A stretch of DNA of 64,000 bases, taken from NCBI GenBank assembly GCA_964485195.1, contig CAZAIK010000001.1, positions 124,001 through 188,000 on the forward strand. The letters run 5' to 3'. The notes under the pieces were generated by a model. It did no database searches, had not been told where the DNA came from, and saw only the letters and a program-made list of their open reading frames with translations. The stretch is from an uncultured Methanosarcinales archaeon (GTDB lineage: Archaea; Nanobdellota; Nanobdellia; Woesearchaeales; CAIVOO01). The position numbers and the translations under genes were made by a program. Positions 28,937 through 39,085 of this stretch are shown one piece after another; position 1 is the stretch's first letter; every line of letters begins with the position of its first letter.

Positions 28937-29709
28937 TTTAATCTTGTTTTGAATATGCAAAAAGCAGGCAATTTCTTATTCCTCTCATACTCTGACTTAT
29001 TAAACTTTTTTGCAGCCGGAACCGGTTTGCAGTCAGCATAGCCTATAATTTCAAAGTCATCGTCCACCAGCATATTTATATAAGTCTGGTAAGTCCTGTG
29101 TATCATAGTTACAAACTGCTTTTTGCCGCTCTTCATTCCGAACTCTACCTTTCTGGGGCCTTCCTTAAAATAATTGCCATATATTATCCTTTTTTTATTC
29201 TTGTCAAAAACTTCTCCCAGAAGATAAAGGAAAGAATGGTTTTTTGGATTGTATTTTTTAAGCCCTGAAGAGAGCACAGGGTTAGGAACAGAAAAACAAA
29301 AAATGCCTTTGGGCTTCAATACTCTTTTAATTTCCTTTATCAATCTTTTCAGGTTTTTGATGTAATGCAGACTAAGGCTTGCCACAACAATGTCAAAATA
29401 ATTGTTTCTAAATTTTAATTTTTTGTTCAAATCATAAACTGAAAATGCTGTTTTGGGAATATTCCTTTTTTTAGCCGTCTTGACTAGTTTCCCGGAAATG
29501 TCAATTCCGTATACTTTCCTTGCGCCTTTTTTGATATATCTCTCAGCGTGATCTCCAAAGCCGCAGCCCAGGTCAAGGATTGTTTTATTTTTAACCGGGC
29601 CTAATATTTTAATCATGCAGGGTATTTCTATGTGTGTATTGTAGCTGAAAACCCCTTTTTTTGTCCGCCTCTCTGCATAATCCTCAGCGATTTTGTCGTA
29701 TTCTGCCAT
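28933..29709 (-). CDS. Class I SAM-dependent methyltransferase
   Basis: ILDLGCGFG, SLSLHY, RVLKPKG. Confidence 0.88.
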   Translation of the reverse strand: MAEYDKIAEDYAERRTKKGVFSYNTHIEIPCMIKILGPVKNKTILDLGCGFGDHAERYIKKGARKVYGIDISGKLVKTAKKRNIPKTAFSVYDLNKKLKFRNNYFDIVVASLSLHYIKNLKRLIKEIKRVLKPKGIFCFSVPNPVLSSGLKKYNPKNHSFLYLLGEVFDKNKKRIIYGNYFKEGPRKVEFGMKSGKKQFVTMIHRTYQTYINMLVDDDFEIIGYADCKPVPAAKKFNKSEYERNKKLPAFCIFKTRLK

Positions 29710-29821
29710 TTCAAACCACTCCAACAAGACCCTGGTTCTTTGGAGTCTAAGGACAATCCTGAATTCCCAGGGATTATATCCCAAATAATTCCGACTTCAT
29801 CGAAATTCTACATTTTTTTAA

Positions 29822-29938
29822 TGGGCCCGGAGGGATTCGAACCCCCGACCTACAGCTCTCTCCGCATAGCGTAGAAGGCTGCCGCCCTATTTGCACGAGC
29901 GCAGTGTTCTGCTGCCCACCAGACTAGGCTACGGGCCC
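29822..29938 (-). tRNA. tRNA-Arg(TCT) with two introns (29891-29918 in the D-loop; 29858-29871 at 37/38)
   Basis: GGGCCCG/CGGGCCC acceptor, anticodon TCT, BHB-like folds; 75 nt after removing both introns. Confidence 0.9.
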
Positions 29939-30062
29939 ATACTCTGAAAACAAAATATGACGTTTATAAATTTATACCAAAATTTTATATATCCGCTGGT
30001 TGTAATCCCGCTTAGGGGCGAAATGCGCTCTAATTTGCTTAGAGCCGGGAGGTTTGGGAAAA

Positions 30063-31361
30063 ATGGTAAGATTGAACCCTAATTTTGATAAGCTGACAGC
30101 TGGCTATCTGTTTCCTGAAATAAGCAGGAGGGTTAAAAAATTTCAGGAAGAGAACCCTGCTGCGGAGGTTATTAAGCTGGGGATAGGCAATACAACAGAG
30201 CCTTTGGCTCCTGTGGTTGTTGATTTTATTGCGGAAAGCGCGAAAAGGCTTGGTTTCAGCGAGGGTTATGATTTTTCAACAAATAAGGATACAACTCTGG
30301 TTCAGAAAGTGCTGGCTGAGGCAGATTATGGCAAATACACAGGATACGGGGATGAGCAGGGAAACACCTTCCTGAGGCACTGCATGGCTCAATGGTACAA
30401 AGACAAGATGGGTGTTTCTTTGGAGCCGGACGAGATTTTCATTAGTGACGGGGCAAAATGCGACGGCGCCCACATCGGAGAAATCTTTGCCATTGACAGC
30501 AAAGTTGCGGTGGAAGACCCTTCCTATCCTGTTCCTGTTGACAGCAATGTTATTGACGGGAGGACAGGCGGTTTTAACCATAAAACTGGCCAGTATGAAG
30601 GCCTTGTTTATCTGCCCTGCACAGAAGAAAACAGCTTCTTTCCAGAAGTTCCTGGCCAGAGGGTTGATTTAATCTACCTCATCAGGCCGAACAATCCCAC
30701 AGGCGCTGTGGCTACCAAGGAGCAGCTCAAAAAATTTGTTGATTTTGCGCTGGAAAATAATTCTTTTATAATTTTTGACAGCGCCTACTCCCCTTTTGTA
30801 GCAGACTCTAGAATACCCAGAAGCATTTATGAAATTGACAGGGCTGATGAGTGCGCTATTGAGACTGGAAGCTTTTCAAAATGGGCTGGTTTCACAGGAG
30901 TGAGGGGAGCCTGGACTGTTGTGCCTAACAAACTCAGGGCTGCTGATGGTGAATGGGGCAAGCCAAACAGGTTGTGGAACAGGCTTCAATGCACTGAATT
31001 TAACGGCGCTTCCATTACTTCACAGGCAGGGATGTTAGGAGTGCTGACGCCAGAAGGGCAGGAGCAATGCCAGCGCATAATAAATTTTTATATGGGAAAT
31101 GCCACTATCATCAAAAGGGGCCTTAGGGACATCGGATTAAAGGTGTTTGGAGGGCAGCATTCACCTTATGTGTGGGCGCAAACCCCCAATGAAATGGATT
31201 CCTGGGAATACTTTGACACAGTATTAAGAAAAGCGCATATTGTATGCACCCCTGGAGGGGGATTTGGGCCGAGTGGAAGAAAGTATGTAAGGTTCAGCGC
31301 TTTTCAAAGCGGGGAGAATATTGAAAAGGCTGTTGAAAGTATGCAAAAGAACTTGGGATAA
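30063..31361 (+). CDS. dapL: LL-diaminopimelate aminotransferase
   Basis: GYLFPEI, LGIGN, ISDGAKCD, PNNPTG, SFSKWAGFTGVR. Confidence 0.93.
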   Translation: MVRLNPNFDKLTAGYLFPEISRRVKKFQEENPAAEVIKLGIGNTTEPLAPVVVDFIAESAKRLGFSEGYDFSTNKDTTLVQKVLAEADYGKYTGYGDEQGNTFLRHCMAQWYKDKMGVSLEPDEIFISDGAKCDGAHIGEIFAIDSKVAVEDPSYPVPVDSNVIDGRTGGFNHKTGQYEGLVYLPCTEENSFFPEVPGQRVDLIYLIRPNNPTGAVATKEQLKKFVDFALENNSFIIFDSAYSPFVADSRIPRSIYEIDRADECAIETGSFSKWAGFTGVRGAWTVVPNKLRAADGEWGKPNRLWNRLQCTEFNGASITSQAGMLGVLTPEGQEQCQRIINFYMGNATIIKRGLRDIGLKVFGGQHSPYVWAQTPNEMDSWEYFDTVLRKAHIVCTPGGGFGPSGRKYVRFSAFQSGENIEKAVESMQKNLG

Positions 31362-31362
31362 A

Positions 31363-32652
31363 ATGGCTGACAAGACACTGCCTTTTGACAGGGGGTTCAT
31401 CGAGGATATTATAGAAAGGTATCCGACACCTTTTCATCTTTACCTGGAGCAGCCAATCCAGGAGAATTTCAGGAATTTACTAAAAACATTTTCCTGGAAT
31501 GATGGGTTTAAGGAATTTTTTGCTGTGAAAGCCCTCCCCAACCCTTTCATACTCAGGATTTTGGGGCAGGAGGGTGCTGGCACTGACTGCAGCTCTGCCC
31601 CAGAGCTTACCTTGTCAGAGAAAGTGGGTATTGTCGGGGAGAATATAATGTTTTCCTCCAACGATACGCCTGCAGAGGAATATCGGAGAGCTGCGCAGTT
31701 AGGGGCGATAATAAACGTGGATGAGTTTACGCACCTTCCTTTCCTAGAAAATTGTTTAGAAGGCTACGGTGGCCTTCCCGACCTTATTTGTTTTCGCTAT
31801 AATCCCGGCCCTGCAAGGGAAAAAGGAGGTTCAATAGCCCAATTCGGAAAGCCGGAAGGACAAAAGTATGGCATGACAAGAAAGCAGTGCTTTGAAGCAT
31901 ACAAGATAATGAGAGATAAGGGAGTCAGAAGGTTTGGGGTCCACACAATGATTGCCTCTAACGAGCTTAACCCCCAATATTTCGTGGACACAGCCAATAT
32001 GCTTTTTGACCTGGTTGCAGAATTTTCAAAAGAGCTGGGGATGAATTTTGAGTTCATAAATATTGGAGGGGGTATTGGAATACCTTACAGGCCGGAACAG
32101 GAGCCGGTTGATTTGGAATTTGTTTCTGCAGGCATCAAAAAAGGTTACGAAGCAAAGATAATAGCAAACGGCCTTCATCCCCTAAAGCTTTTCATGGAAA
32201 ACGGCAGGATGATAACAGGGCCTTATGGCTTCCTTGTAGCAACTGTCAGGCACGTAAAGGATACTTACAAAAGATTTGTCGGGCTTGACGCGTGCATGGC
32301 AGACCATATGAGGCCGGGAATGTATGGTCCTGACTGTTACCATCACCTTACTGTGCTGGGCAAGGAAGACTGGCCTTTAAATCAGGTTTGTGATGTCACT
32401 GGATCCCTTTGCGAGAACAATGACAAGTTTGCAGTTGACAGGCCAATGCCCAGAATTGATGTCGGCGATATTGTGGTAATCCATGATACAGGTGCTCATG
32501 GGAGGGCTATGTGTTTCAATTATAACGGGAAATTAAGGCCTGGAGAATTGCTTGCAAGGCCTGACGGGGGAATATTACAGATAAGAAGGCCCGAAACAGA
32601 GAATGATTATTTTGCCACGCTTGATTTTGAAAAACTGGAAAGGTTTTCCTAA
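31363..32652 (+). CDS. lysA: Diaminopimelate decarboxylase
   Basis: FAVKALPNP, NIGGGIG, ENGR, GSLCENNDKF, GAHG..MCFNYN. Confidence 0.93.
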   Translation: MADKTLPFDRGFIEDIIERYPTPFHLYLEQPIQENFRNLLKTFSWNDGFKEFFAVKALPNPFILRILGQEGAGTDCSSAPELTLSEKVGIVGENIMFSSNDTPAEEYRRAAQLGAIINVDEFTHLPFLENCLEGYGGLPDLICFRYNPGPAREKGGSIAQFGKPEGQKYGMTRKQCFEAYKIMRDKGVRRFGVHTMIASNELNPQYFVDTANMLFDLVAEFSKELGMNFEFINIGGGIGIPYRPEQEPVDLEFVSAGIKKGYEAKIIANGLHPLKLFMENGRMITGPYGFLVATVRHVKDTYKRFVGLDACMADHMRPGMYGPDCYHHLTVLGKEDWPLNQVCDVTGSLCENNDKFAVDRPMPRIDVGDIVVIHDTGAHGRAMCFNYNGKLRPGELLARPDGGILQIRRPETENDYFATLDFEKLERFS

Positions 32653-33740
32653 GGCAGCCAGCTTTTTGAGTCCTTTAACTTCTTGGGGAGATAGTCAGAA
32701 ATTACAAAGTTCAGGCCGTGGGCTGCCAGTGACTGCTGTTCCGCCCTTTTTTTCATCTTAATCATCTTTTCAAGCTCCTTTTGCCAGGGCTTGTGATGCT
32801 TTACAAAAGGGTCATTTTTTATCCCGTCTTTTATCCTTTTGATGTCAATTTCCTTTAGAGGGTGGGATGGCAGGTTGTAATCCAGTATGTCCTGCGCAGT
32901 AATCCCCAGGAATTTTGCGTTGGGTACACAGAAAAAACGGTTTATGTGGGCTGCGTTCCCTGAGCCGACCTTGAGGGTTCTGTAAATGTTCAGCCATCCG
33001 TACGGGTCGCCGTCTGTGAATACATAAACAGGAATTTTCTTCTCATCTGATAACTTCCTGATAAATCTCCTGCAGGCCCTGGAAGGGACTCCGTTTAAGG
33101 AAATTAATATGCAGTTGGCCTTTTTCCAGTAGGAATGTTTAACAAGCCTTTCATACATACCCTGGGTTTCTATGGCCAGCACGAATTTTGCCTTAGTCTC
33201 AAACTTGAGATGCTCAACCTTGCTGGGAACTGAATAAGAGCCAGTTCCCATTTTGGTGCAGTCAATCTTTATCTCATTGCCAGTTGCAGGGTCTATGTCC
33301 ACAACTTTCAATTCTCCTGCCACGCTTCCCCCGTGTTCATCAGGGATAAATCCCAATTGCTCCCTGTTTACCATAAACATTGCTTCAATGTCATCCATTA
33401 CTGAATCTGATTCTGACTGCTCCACAAACTTTGCCTCGTCCCAGTTTTTTGAGATATAATAAGCCTCCCTTTTTGTTGAGATGTCATCAGTCTGCACCAG
33501 TGTCTTGGAAAGGGTGAGCATTCTCAGTGTTTGTGCAAATGTTTTGATTGTGTTGACTGTTAATGTTCTCTGTTTGAACTGGTCATTCAGCTCAAAATAG
33601 CCGTCCTCAGAATCGTAGCTTACATTAGACAGGGAGCGTATGGGCATTTTCACGCTCGGCTTTTTATGCGCCATAATGTCCTTGTAAATCTTGGTTGCTT
33701 TTTCCTTTATCTTTTCAAGGATATTGTTGTCTTTTCTCAT
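32649..33740 (-). CDS. top6A: DNA topoisomerase VI subunit A
   Basis: TKREAYY catalytic Tyr, Toprim IET and DGDPYG. Confidence 0.96.
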   Translation of the reverse strand: MRKDNNILEKIKEKATKIYKDIMAHKKPSVKMPIRSLSNVSYDSEDGYFELNDQFKQRTLTVNTIKTFAQTLRMLTLSKTLVQTDDISTKREAYYISKNWDEAKFVEQSESDSVMDDIEAMFMVNREQLGFIPDEHGGSVAGELKVVDIDPATGNEIKIDCTKMGTGSYSVPSKVEHLKFETKAKFVLAIETQGMYERLVKHSYWKKANCILISLNGVPSRACRRFIRKLSDEKKIPVYVFTDGDPYGWLNIYRTLKVGSGNAAHINRFFCVPNAKFLGITAQDILDYNLPSHPLKEIDIKRIKDGIKNDPFVKHHKPWQKELEKMIKMKKRAEQQSLAAHGLNFVISDYLPKKLKDSKSWLP

Positions 33741-35371
33741 TCTTCTTCCTCTTCAGCCCCTTGCAAAATTCCAAGTCTTTCTCCTGATTCATTATGCTCA
33801 ACCTTTTCCAGTTCATCAACTTTTCTTGATTTTTCCAGAATCTCCCTAAGGGACGTGTTAATCCTGCTTTCCTCTTTTTCAGACAGGTTCAGGAGTTCTC
33901 TTAAGGAGCCTCCTATGTGGTTAAGGTACCTTTCAATATAACCCTTCTTTTTTATGGCTTCCTGAACCCTTTTTTTCTTTCCCACATATCTGGAAAGCTC
34001 CCTTCCGCATTCCTGAATGGCGAGTTTCATTTCCTTTATTATCTCAGGATAGTGAGCTATGGCTTCCTTTGCCTCTGAGGTAAAGGGGGGCCATACAGAT
34101 GCGAGATGGACAAGGATTACTGCCGGGCCTACTGGCATTGCCCCTGCGCTTTGGGAAAGCCCGTAGGAGCGCCAGGATGTGGATATTATTGATTTTGTTA
34201 TTGCGCAGGCCCCTCCCTGGTAAAGAAGGGGGACCCTGTTGGCAAACCGCATTATCTTAACTGAGCTGTCTTTCTCTAATTCCCCTCCGTAAGCAACGGC
34301 GCATTCTATAACAAAAGGCATTCCCCTGTAGACTGATGGGGGCCTTGTTGTTGCAGTGTAAAATTCTGCAGGTATCTCCTTTTTCATTCCAGCGAGAAGC
34401 AGCTCTTTCCCTATGGGCGATATGCAATCAGTTGGAGGGGCCATAATCCTTGTTTCCCTTATTGCCTTGATGAGCTTTTCAGCTCCGGACATAGTAATCT
34501 CAGAAGGTTTCGTATTGGGAGGAATTGCAGCTTTTTCGCAGACTTCCTTCACAGTGCCAGCACCCATTCTGGAGAATTCGTTCGTGAAAAAACTTTGCAA
34601 TGTGCGGCTTTCCGATGACTTGAGCATTTTTACCAGCATTCCCAGCTCAACACCATAAGGATGCGGCTTTATCTCCCTTGGTTCCTTCGGAAGCTCCTTT
34701 GTGGATTTTGTGAAGATTAGCTGTTCAGCCTTGGGATTGGTATATATTATTGTTGCGTGAGGATTAACTACTGCAGTTTCCTTGAGGTATTCATCAACAC
34801 TCTGCCCGCCCTTTAGATATGTTGCCTCTATGTCCAGCTCTATTTTTGTACCATGGTCCTTTTTCCACTCTATAACCTTGTCCTTGATTATTTCGGGGCT
34901 GTTTTTTTGGGTGTTAATGTGAAGTTCGTAATAATGCGCCTCCTTTTCAGAAGAAATCCTGGAAGTGATTTTTGTGGGCCTGCCCGTGGTAAGCTGCGCA
35001 TACAGCACTGCCGCGCTTATCCCTATTCCCTGCTGTCCCCTTGCCTGCTTTAAAGTGTGGAACTTGCTTCCGTAAAGTAATTTTGCAAATATGTTGGGGA
35101 TTTGCTTTTTTATGATTCCCGGTCCGTTGTCCTCCACAATTACCCGGAACCTATCACCTTCCATGTCTATGATCTCTATTTTTATTTCAGGAAGGATGTT
35201 TGCTTCCTCGCAGGCATCAAGGGAATTGTCAACTGCTTCCTTGATTACTGTCAGAAGTGCCTTTCTTTTATTGTCAAATCCCAGGAGATGCCTGTTTCTT
35301 TCAAAAAATTCAGCTACCGAAACAGCTCTTTGCTTTTCTGCAAGCTTATATGCTATCTCTTCCTCTGCCAA
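33737..35371 (-). CDS. top6B: DNA topoisomerase VI subunit B (probable TTG start)
   Basis: [36 protein letters not shown]. Confidence 0.96.
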   Translation of the reverse strand: MAEEEIAYKLAEKQRAVSVAEFFERNRHLLGFDNKRKALLTVIKEAVDNSLDACEEANILPEIKIEIIDMEGDRFRVIVEDNGPGIIKKQIPNIFAKLLYGSKFHTLKQARGQQGIGISAAVLYAQLTTGRPTKITSRISSEKEAHYYELHINTQKNSPEIIKDKVIEWKKDHGTKIELDIEATYLKGGQSVDEYLKETAVVNPHATIIYTNPKAEQLIFTKSTKELPKEPREIKPHPYGVELGMLVKMLKSSESRTLQSFFTNEFSRMGAGTVKEVCEKAAIPPNTKPSEITMSGAEKLIKAIRETRIMAPPTDCISPIGKELLLAGMKKEIPAEFYTATTRPPSVYRGMPFVIECAVAYGGELEKDSSVKIMRFANRVPLLYQGGACAITKSIISTSWRSYGLSQSAGAMPVGPAVILVHLASVWPPFTSEAKEAIAHYPEIIKEMKLAIQECGRELSRYVGKKKRVQEAIKKKGYIERYLNHIGGSLRELLNLSEKEESRINTSLREILEKSRKVDELEKVEHNESGERLGILQGAEEEEE

Positions 35372-35912
35372 TCCGGTCCACCTCAAGTATGTCCTTGCGA
35401 GCCTCTTCCTTGTTTTTTTTCAGAATCCTTCCGTAAATTTTGTTGTGAGGGCTTCCTTTTAAAAGGCTTTCTACGGCCTGCTTGGCCAAAGCAACTTTCT
35501 CTATATTTCCAATTATCCCAACAGTTCTCCCGTAAACTGAGATGTTTGTATCTGTTAATTCCTCTATCCTCTTCCTGGCCTTCCCTTCCTTTCCTATTAT
35601 CCTGCCCCTGACCCTTGCCAGGTCCTTGGTGTTTTTTGTGAAATCTGAAAGGTCTATTATTTCAAAGCAGTAATCCTGCTTTGTCAGCCTTAATGCTATT
35701 TCAGGATTAAATCCCCTTGCAATTGCCTTGACTATGTCCTTTGCGCTCATCAGCCCCACACTGTCATTTCCGTGGATAAATACTTCCCCCTCTTTGGAGT
35801 CCACATCCAGCCTGGAGTTTGTAGCTTCCTCTATCTCCTTCTTAATCTCTCCTTTCGTGCCAATAAGGACCGCTATCCTTTCCTTTGGAATCTTGAGCTC
35901 GTGCTGGTACAT
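35346..35912 (-). CDS. KH-domain rRNA-processing protein (Dim2/Pno1-like)
   Basis: [26 protein letters not shown]. Confidence 0.92.
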   Translation of the reverse strand: MYQHELKIPKERIAVLIGTKGEIKKEIEEATNSRLDVDSKEGEVFIHGNDSVGLMSAKDIVKAIARGFNPEIALRLTKQDYCFEIIDLSDFTKNTKDLARVRGRIIGKEGKARKRIEELTDTNISVYGRTVGIIGNIEKVALAKQAVESLLKGSPHNKIYGRILKKNKEEARKDILEVDRIGRGRDSI

Positions 35913-36131
35913 ATTGCTTAAAGATAAGAGGTTATTTATAAATCAAACCATCTATTTTAGCCCCTAACAAGTAACAAAAATCGAAAGGTTTAAATATAAG
36001 CTATCACTACTTACTAGTTACACTCATCTAAACACCTCTTTACCCAGCAAGCCAGGCCTTTCGGGGCCTGCTTGTATGGTTTAGACAACATTCAACCCCA
36101 AACCCCCAAAAAGCGCCGAAAACCAAAAAGG

Positions 36132-36188
36132 AGGCAGCGCAAATCACAGATTTGCTGGCCTCTTTTCGCCCTGAAGGGCTCAAAGAGG
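36132..36188 (-). repeat. Dispersed palindromic repeat, copy 2
   Basis: Inverted copy of 28388-28440 with the variable loop expanded from GTTA to CCTTCAGG. Confidence 0.85.
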
Positions 36189-36207
36189 CGAGTAGGCGGC
36201 TTTTTCT

Positions 36208-36738
36208 CTAAGAATTCTCAATCGCTACTGGCTTGCATCCAGCCATTATCAAAACCTGCTCAATCGTTCTTGTGCCCCTAAAAGTAGGCTCAGGATATCT
36301 TGCCCTGCCAGGAACAGCCCAATGCAGCAATTCAACATCACTGTAATAATCGCATTTTGTAATGTCCGGGTCATATGTCATCAAGCCTGCTTTGGAGCAA
36401 TTGGTTAAATTATTGTCATATTTAACAGTAATGTGCTGAAATAAAACCCCTAACAATTCCCTTTGTCTTGAACAATCATGCTCTGTGCTACAATAAAGTT
36501 CAACATTCTTATTTCTAAAACATTTCTCAGCCTTTTTCATATCAATCCTTTTACAGACCCCTGTTCCATCAACAATATCTTCAGGGACATCTGTGCAAAA
36601 ATAGCCATTGGGGCACCTTCCTGCCCAACCCCCGCAAGCAATTTCTTCTGAACCTCGCATATCAGTTGAGGATTTTCCGGCACAGCCACTGATCAAAACA
36701 GCCAGGATTATTGCTGAAAACAAAATTATTTTTCGCAT
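36208..36738 (-). CDS. Putative Cys-rich lipoprotein
   Basis: Signal ending LISGC; CGGWAGRCPNGYFC module. Confidence 0.7.
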   Translation of the reverse strand: MRKIILFSAIILAVLISGCAGKSSTDMRGSEEIACGGWAGRCPNGYFCTDVPEDIVDGTGVCKRIDMKKAEKCFRNKNVELYCSTEHDCSRQRELLGVLFQHITVKYDNNLTNCSKAGLMTYDPDITKCDYYSDVELLHWAVPGRARYPEPTFRGTRTIEQVLIMAGCKPVAIENS

Positions 36739-36809
36739 TTTAAATTAAAAATTGTTTCATATTTTTAAATCCTGTTTTTTGTTTAGCCAAATCCCTAACT
36801 GAACAAAGG

Positions 36810-37250
36810 TTACATCAGCGTAAAAAAGAAGATTATGGCGTAGCTGACAGCATTCACCATAATTGAAAGTTTCAGCAGGTTTGTTTTCCTGATATGGTTT
36901 TTCCTGAAAAAAGGAAGGTATATTCCCCATTCTATAACAACAGACATTGCGAAGGTCAGCAACAAAAACGCAAGAGTGATGTTGTTGTAAAAGGAATAGC
37001 TGACAACCTCAATAAAGGTGCCTGTAATGGAAGTCACAATATTTGCAACAAGAACAACAAGCAAGGACTTCCAAAACCCGGCGGAAAATCCAAATATTTT
37101 ATTTATTAACAGCCAGAACAAAAAAGCTTCTATTAAGATTATAAGCGGGATGAGTGTTAAGTTTGTGTAGGAGACAGACACAGCCACGTCTGCCAGGACT
37201 ATCTTCGGGATCAGCAAAAATATCAGTATTGCCAGCAGAGCCTTTTTCAT
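36810..37250 (-). CDS. Hypothetical membrane protein
   Basis: Multiple TMs with paired IE and AN/VN motifs. Confidence 0.7.
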   Translation of the reverse strand: MKKALLAILIFLLIPKIVLADVAVSVSYTNLTLIPLIILIEAFLFWLLINKIFGFSAGFWKSLLVVLVANIVTSITGTFIEVVSYSFYNNITLAFLLLTFAMSVVIEWGIYLPFFRKNHIRKTNLLKLSIMVNAVSYAIIFFFTLM

Positions 37251-37306
37251 CAGATAAAAAAATTAATGGAAATTTAAATAATGATTTTTTTGTTTAGGGG
37301 TTTCCC

Positions 37307-37837
37307 TTAGCTTTTTTTCAGGATTCTGCTTTTGAAAAGGAAAATCAACAAAAGTATTGTCAGCACTGCCAATGCTATGGCAACAATAACCTCAACATAT
37401 GGAAAAGGCGCTTTTGTTACTGTTTCAGCCTGTGCCAAAATCTCTCTCCTTGCAGGGGCTGTCTCCATTGCTGTTTTTGCCACACTTATGCTTCCTGTTA
37501 AAAACTTGGAAATGAAAACAAAGCCTGCCCCTGCAGCAGCCGCAATCCAGAACCCCAGCAGAATCCACACCTTCTTTCTTTCAGGGTCAAGTATGCACTT
37601 GGCTTTCTCGGTCAGTTCATAATACTTCCACTTATACCCCTCATCTATCCGCTTAACCAAACCGGCCTTTTCCATGGCCAGAAGATGTTCTTTGATGGTG
37701 GGGATGGAGAACTTTAAATTGTGGGCGATTTCAGACTGGGTGTGCCTTCTCCCTTCAAGGACCTTTAAAATGTTTATTCGCGTGTCTGAAGCGAGAGTCT
37801 TGAAAACGTCCTTTTCCAAAGTAACCTTATCTTCCAT
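37307..37837 (-). CDS. Membrane-anchored ArsR-type wHTH regulator
   Basis: FKTLASDTRINIL, KEHL..MEKAGLV, KWKYYELT, two C-terminal TMs. Confidence 0.85.
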   Translation of the reverse strand: MEDKVTLEKDVFKTLASDTRINILKVLEGRRHTQSEIAHNLKFSIPTIKEHLLAMEKAGLVKRIDEGYKWKYYELTEKAKCILDPERKKVWILLGFWIAAAAGAGFVFISKFLTGSISVAKTAMETAPARREILAQAETVTKAPFPYVEVIVAIALAVLTILLLIFLFKSRILKKS

Positions 37838-37887
37838 ACCTGGAAAAATGCGCAAAACTTTAAAAAGCTTGATATTTCAGGAGTGGT

Positions 37888-38637
37888 ATGAAAAAATTAT
37901 TCAAGGATTTCAGGGAAATAACAAAAACAAAGCGCAACCAGCTATTCTTGATTTCACTCCTTTATGCCACTATTTTCATAACAGCGTTTTTGCTGGGCAA
38001 GCTTTTCTCAGCCTTGTTTTTCCAGCAAAAAAATGTGATTAATCCCTTTGCATTCCTCTTCATAGGGCTTGTTTACTTCCTCCTGCTCCTCTTCATATAT
38101 TCCGCTCTCAAGCTGGGAATTTTGCAGACAGCCCTGGGCAGAAAAATCAGCAGGAAGAATTTTAATGTCCTGGGGGGATTTTTTCTTTTTAACCTTCTCA
38201 CAGGGATACTCGCCTTTCTGGCAATTGCGCTAGTGGGCTCTTTCATCACTTACAGCTTCAATGATTCTGTTATTGCAGGCGCGATATTTCTGGTTGTGTT
38301 TTCCATATTCTTTTATCCATTCCTTTTCTTCTCGCAGTTTGAATTTTTGAAAACAAGAAGGATAATAAAAAGCCTGGGAATCGGCTGGAACAGGCTTTTT
38401 TCCGGGAATATTATCAGCTATTTTAAACTTCTCTTGTTTAATGTTCTGTCAGTGGCGGTTTATTTTGTCTTGTTCTATTTAATTGGCAGCTTGTACAAGA
38501 TGGCGTTTATAAAGGACAATGCAGAGCCGGCAACAGCAATACTTGTTTACAACTCTGTCTTTAATATCCTGCTGGCTGTGCTTGTGCTTTTTCTTCTTTC
38601 TTTCAACGTGCTTTATTTCAGAAAAATCAAAGATTGA
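37888..38637 (+). CDS. Hypothetical multi-pass membrane protein
   Basis: About six TM segments. Confidence 0.7.
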   Translation: MKKLFKDFREITKTKRNQLFLISLLYATIFITAFLLGKLFSALFFQQKNVINPFAFLFIGLVYFLLLLFIYSALKLGILQTALGRKISRKNFNVLGGFFLFNLLTGILAFLAIALVGSFITYSFNDSVIAGAIFLVVFSIFFYPFLFFSQFEFLKTRRIIKSLGIGWNRLFSGNIISYFKLLLFNVLSVAVYFVLFYLIGSLYKMAFIKDNAEPATAILVYNSVFNILLAVLVLFLLSFNVLYFRKIKD

Positions 38638-39076
38638 CTGTTTTATAGGCTGCTAAGATGATTATCAAAAAGAGGAATACATATTCAAACGCCCCCCCTG
38701 TCCTGACAAAACCTTTCAATCTCAGCCTGGTGAATGGGTGCAACGGCATTATGCCCTCCCTGGTTATTGCGTCTGCAACTAGATGGGAGGCATACCCAAT
38801 TCCCAGGGGGATTAGATAAGTGTATGAATTGGTAAAGTAGTATATTAGCAGAGAGATAACAGGTATCATCAGAAAGCTATGGAAAAAGCCCCTGTGCTCA
38901 AAAAGCCATCCTATGATTTTGAAATTCCTGCCCATTTTTGACTTTGGATGGTCTATGTCAGGCAGCATCGCCCCTATCATCACGATGACCATAAAAAGAA
39001 CCTGATTGGCAGAAGCAAGGTATGGAATGAATAATATTCCTGAGAGAAACCCAAAAACCGCGTGGGTCTTGAACAT
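38627..39076 (-). CDS. YdjM-like membrane metal-dependent hydrolase
   Basis: TH, LPDIDHP, HRGFFHS, SHLVAD. Confidence 0.9.
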   Translation of the reverse strand: MFKTHAVFGFLSGILFIPYLASANQVLFMVIVMIGAMLPDIDHPKSKMGRNFKIIGWLFEHRGFFHSFLMIPVISLLIYYFTNSYTYLIPLGIGYASHLVADAITREGIMPLHPFTRLRLKGFVRTGGAFEYVFLFLIIILAAYKTVNL

Positions 39077-39085
39077 CAAGAGAAA

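Noticed and set aside
29940..30062. Lysine riboswitch before dapL
   Set aside because: Leader is too short and lacks the conserved core
36072..36281. 69-aa ORF over repeat copy 2
   Set aside because: Runs through hairpins and into the convergent gene; no recognisable motif or RBS
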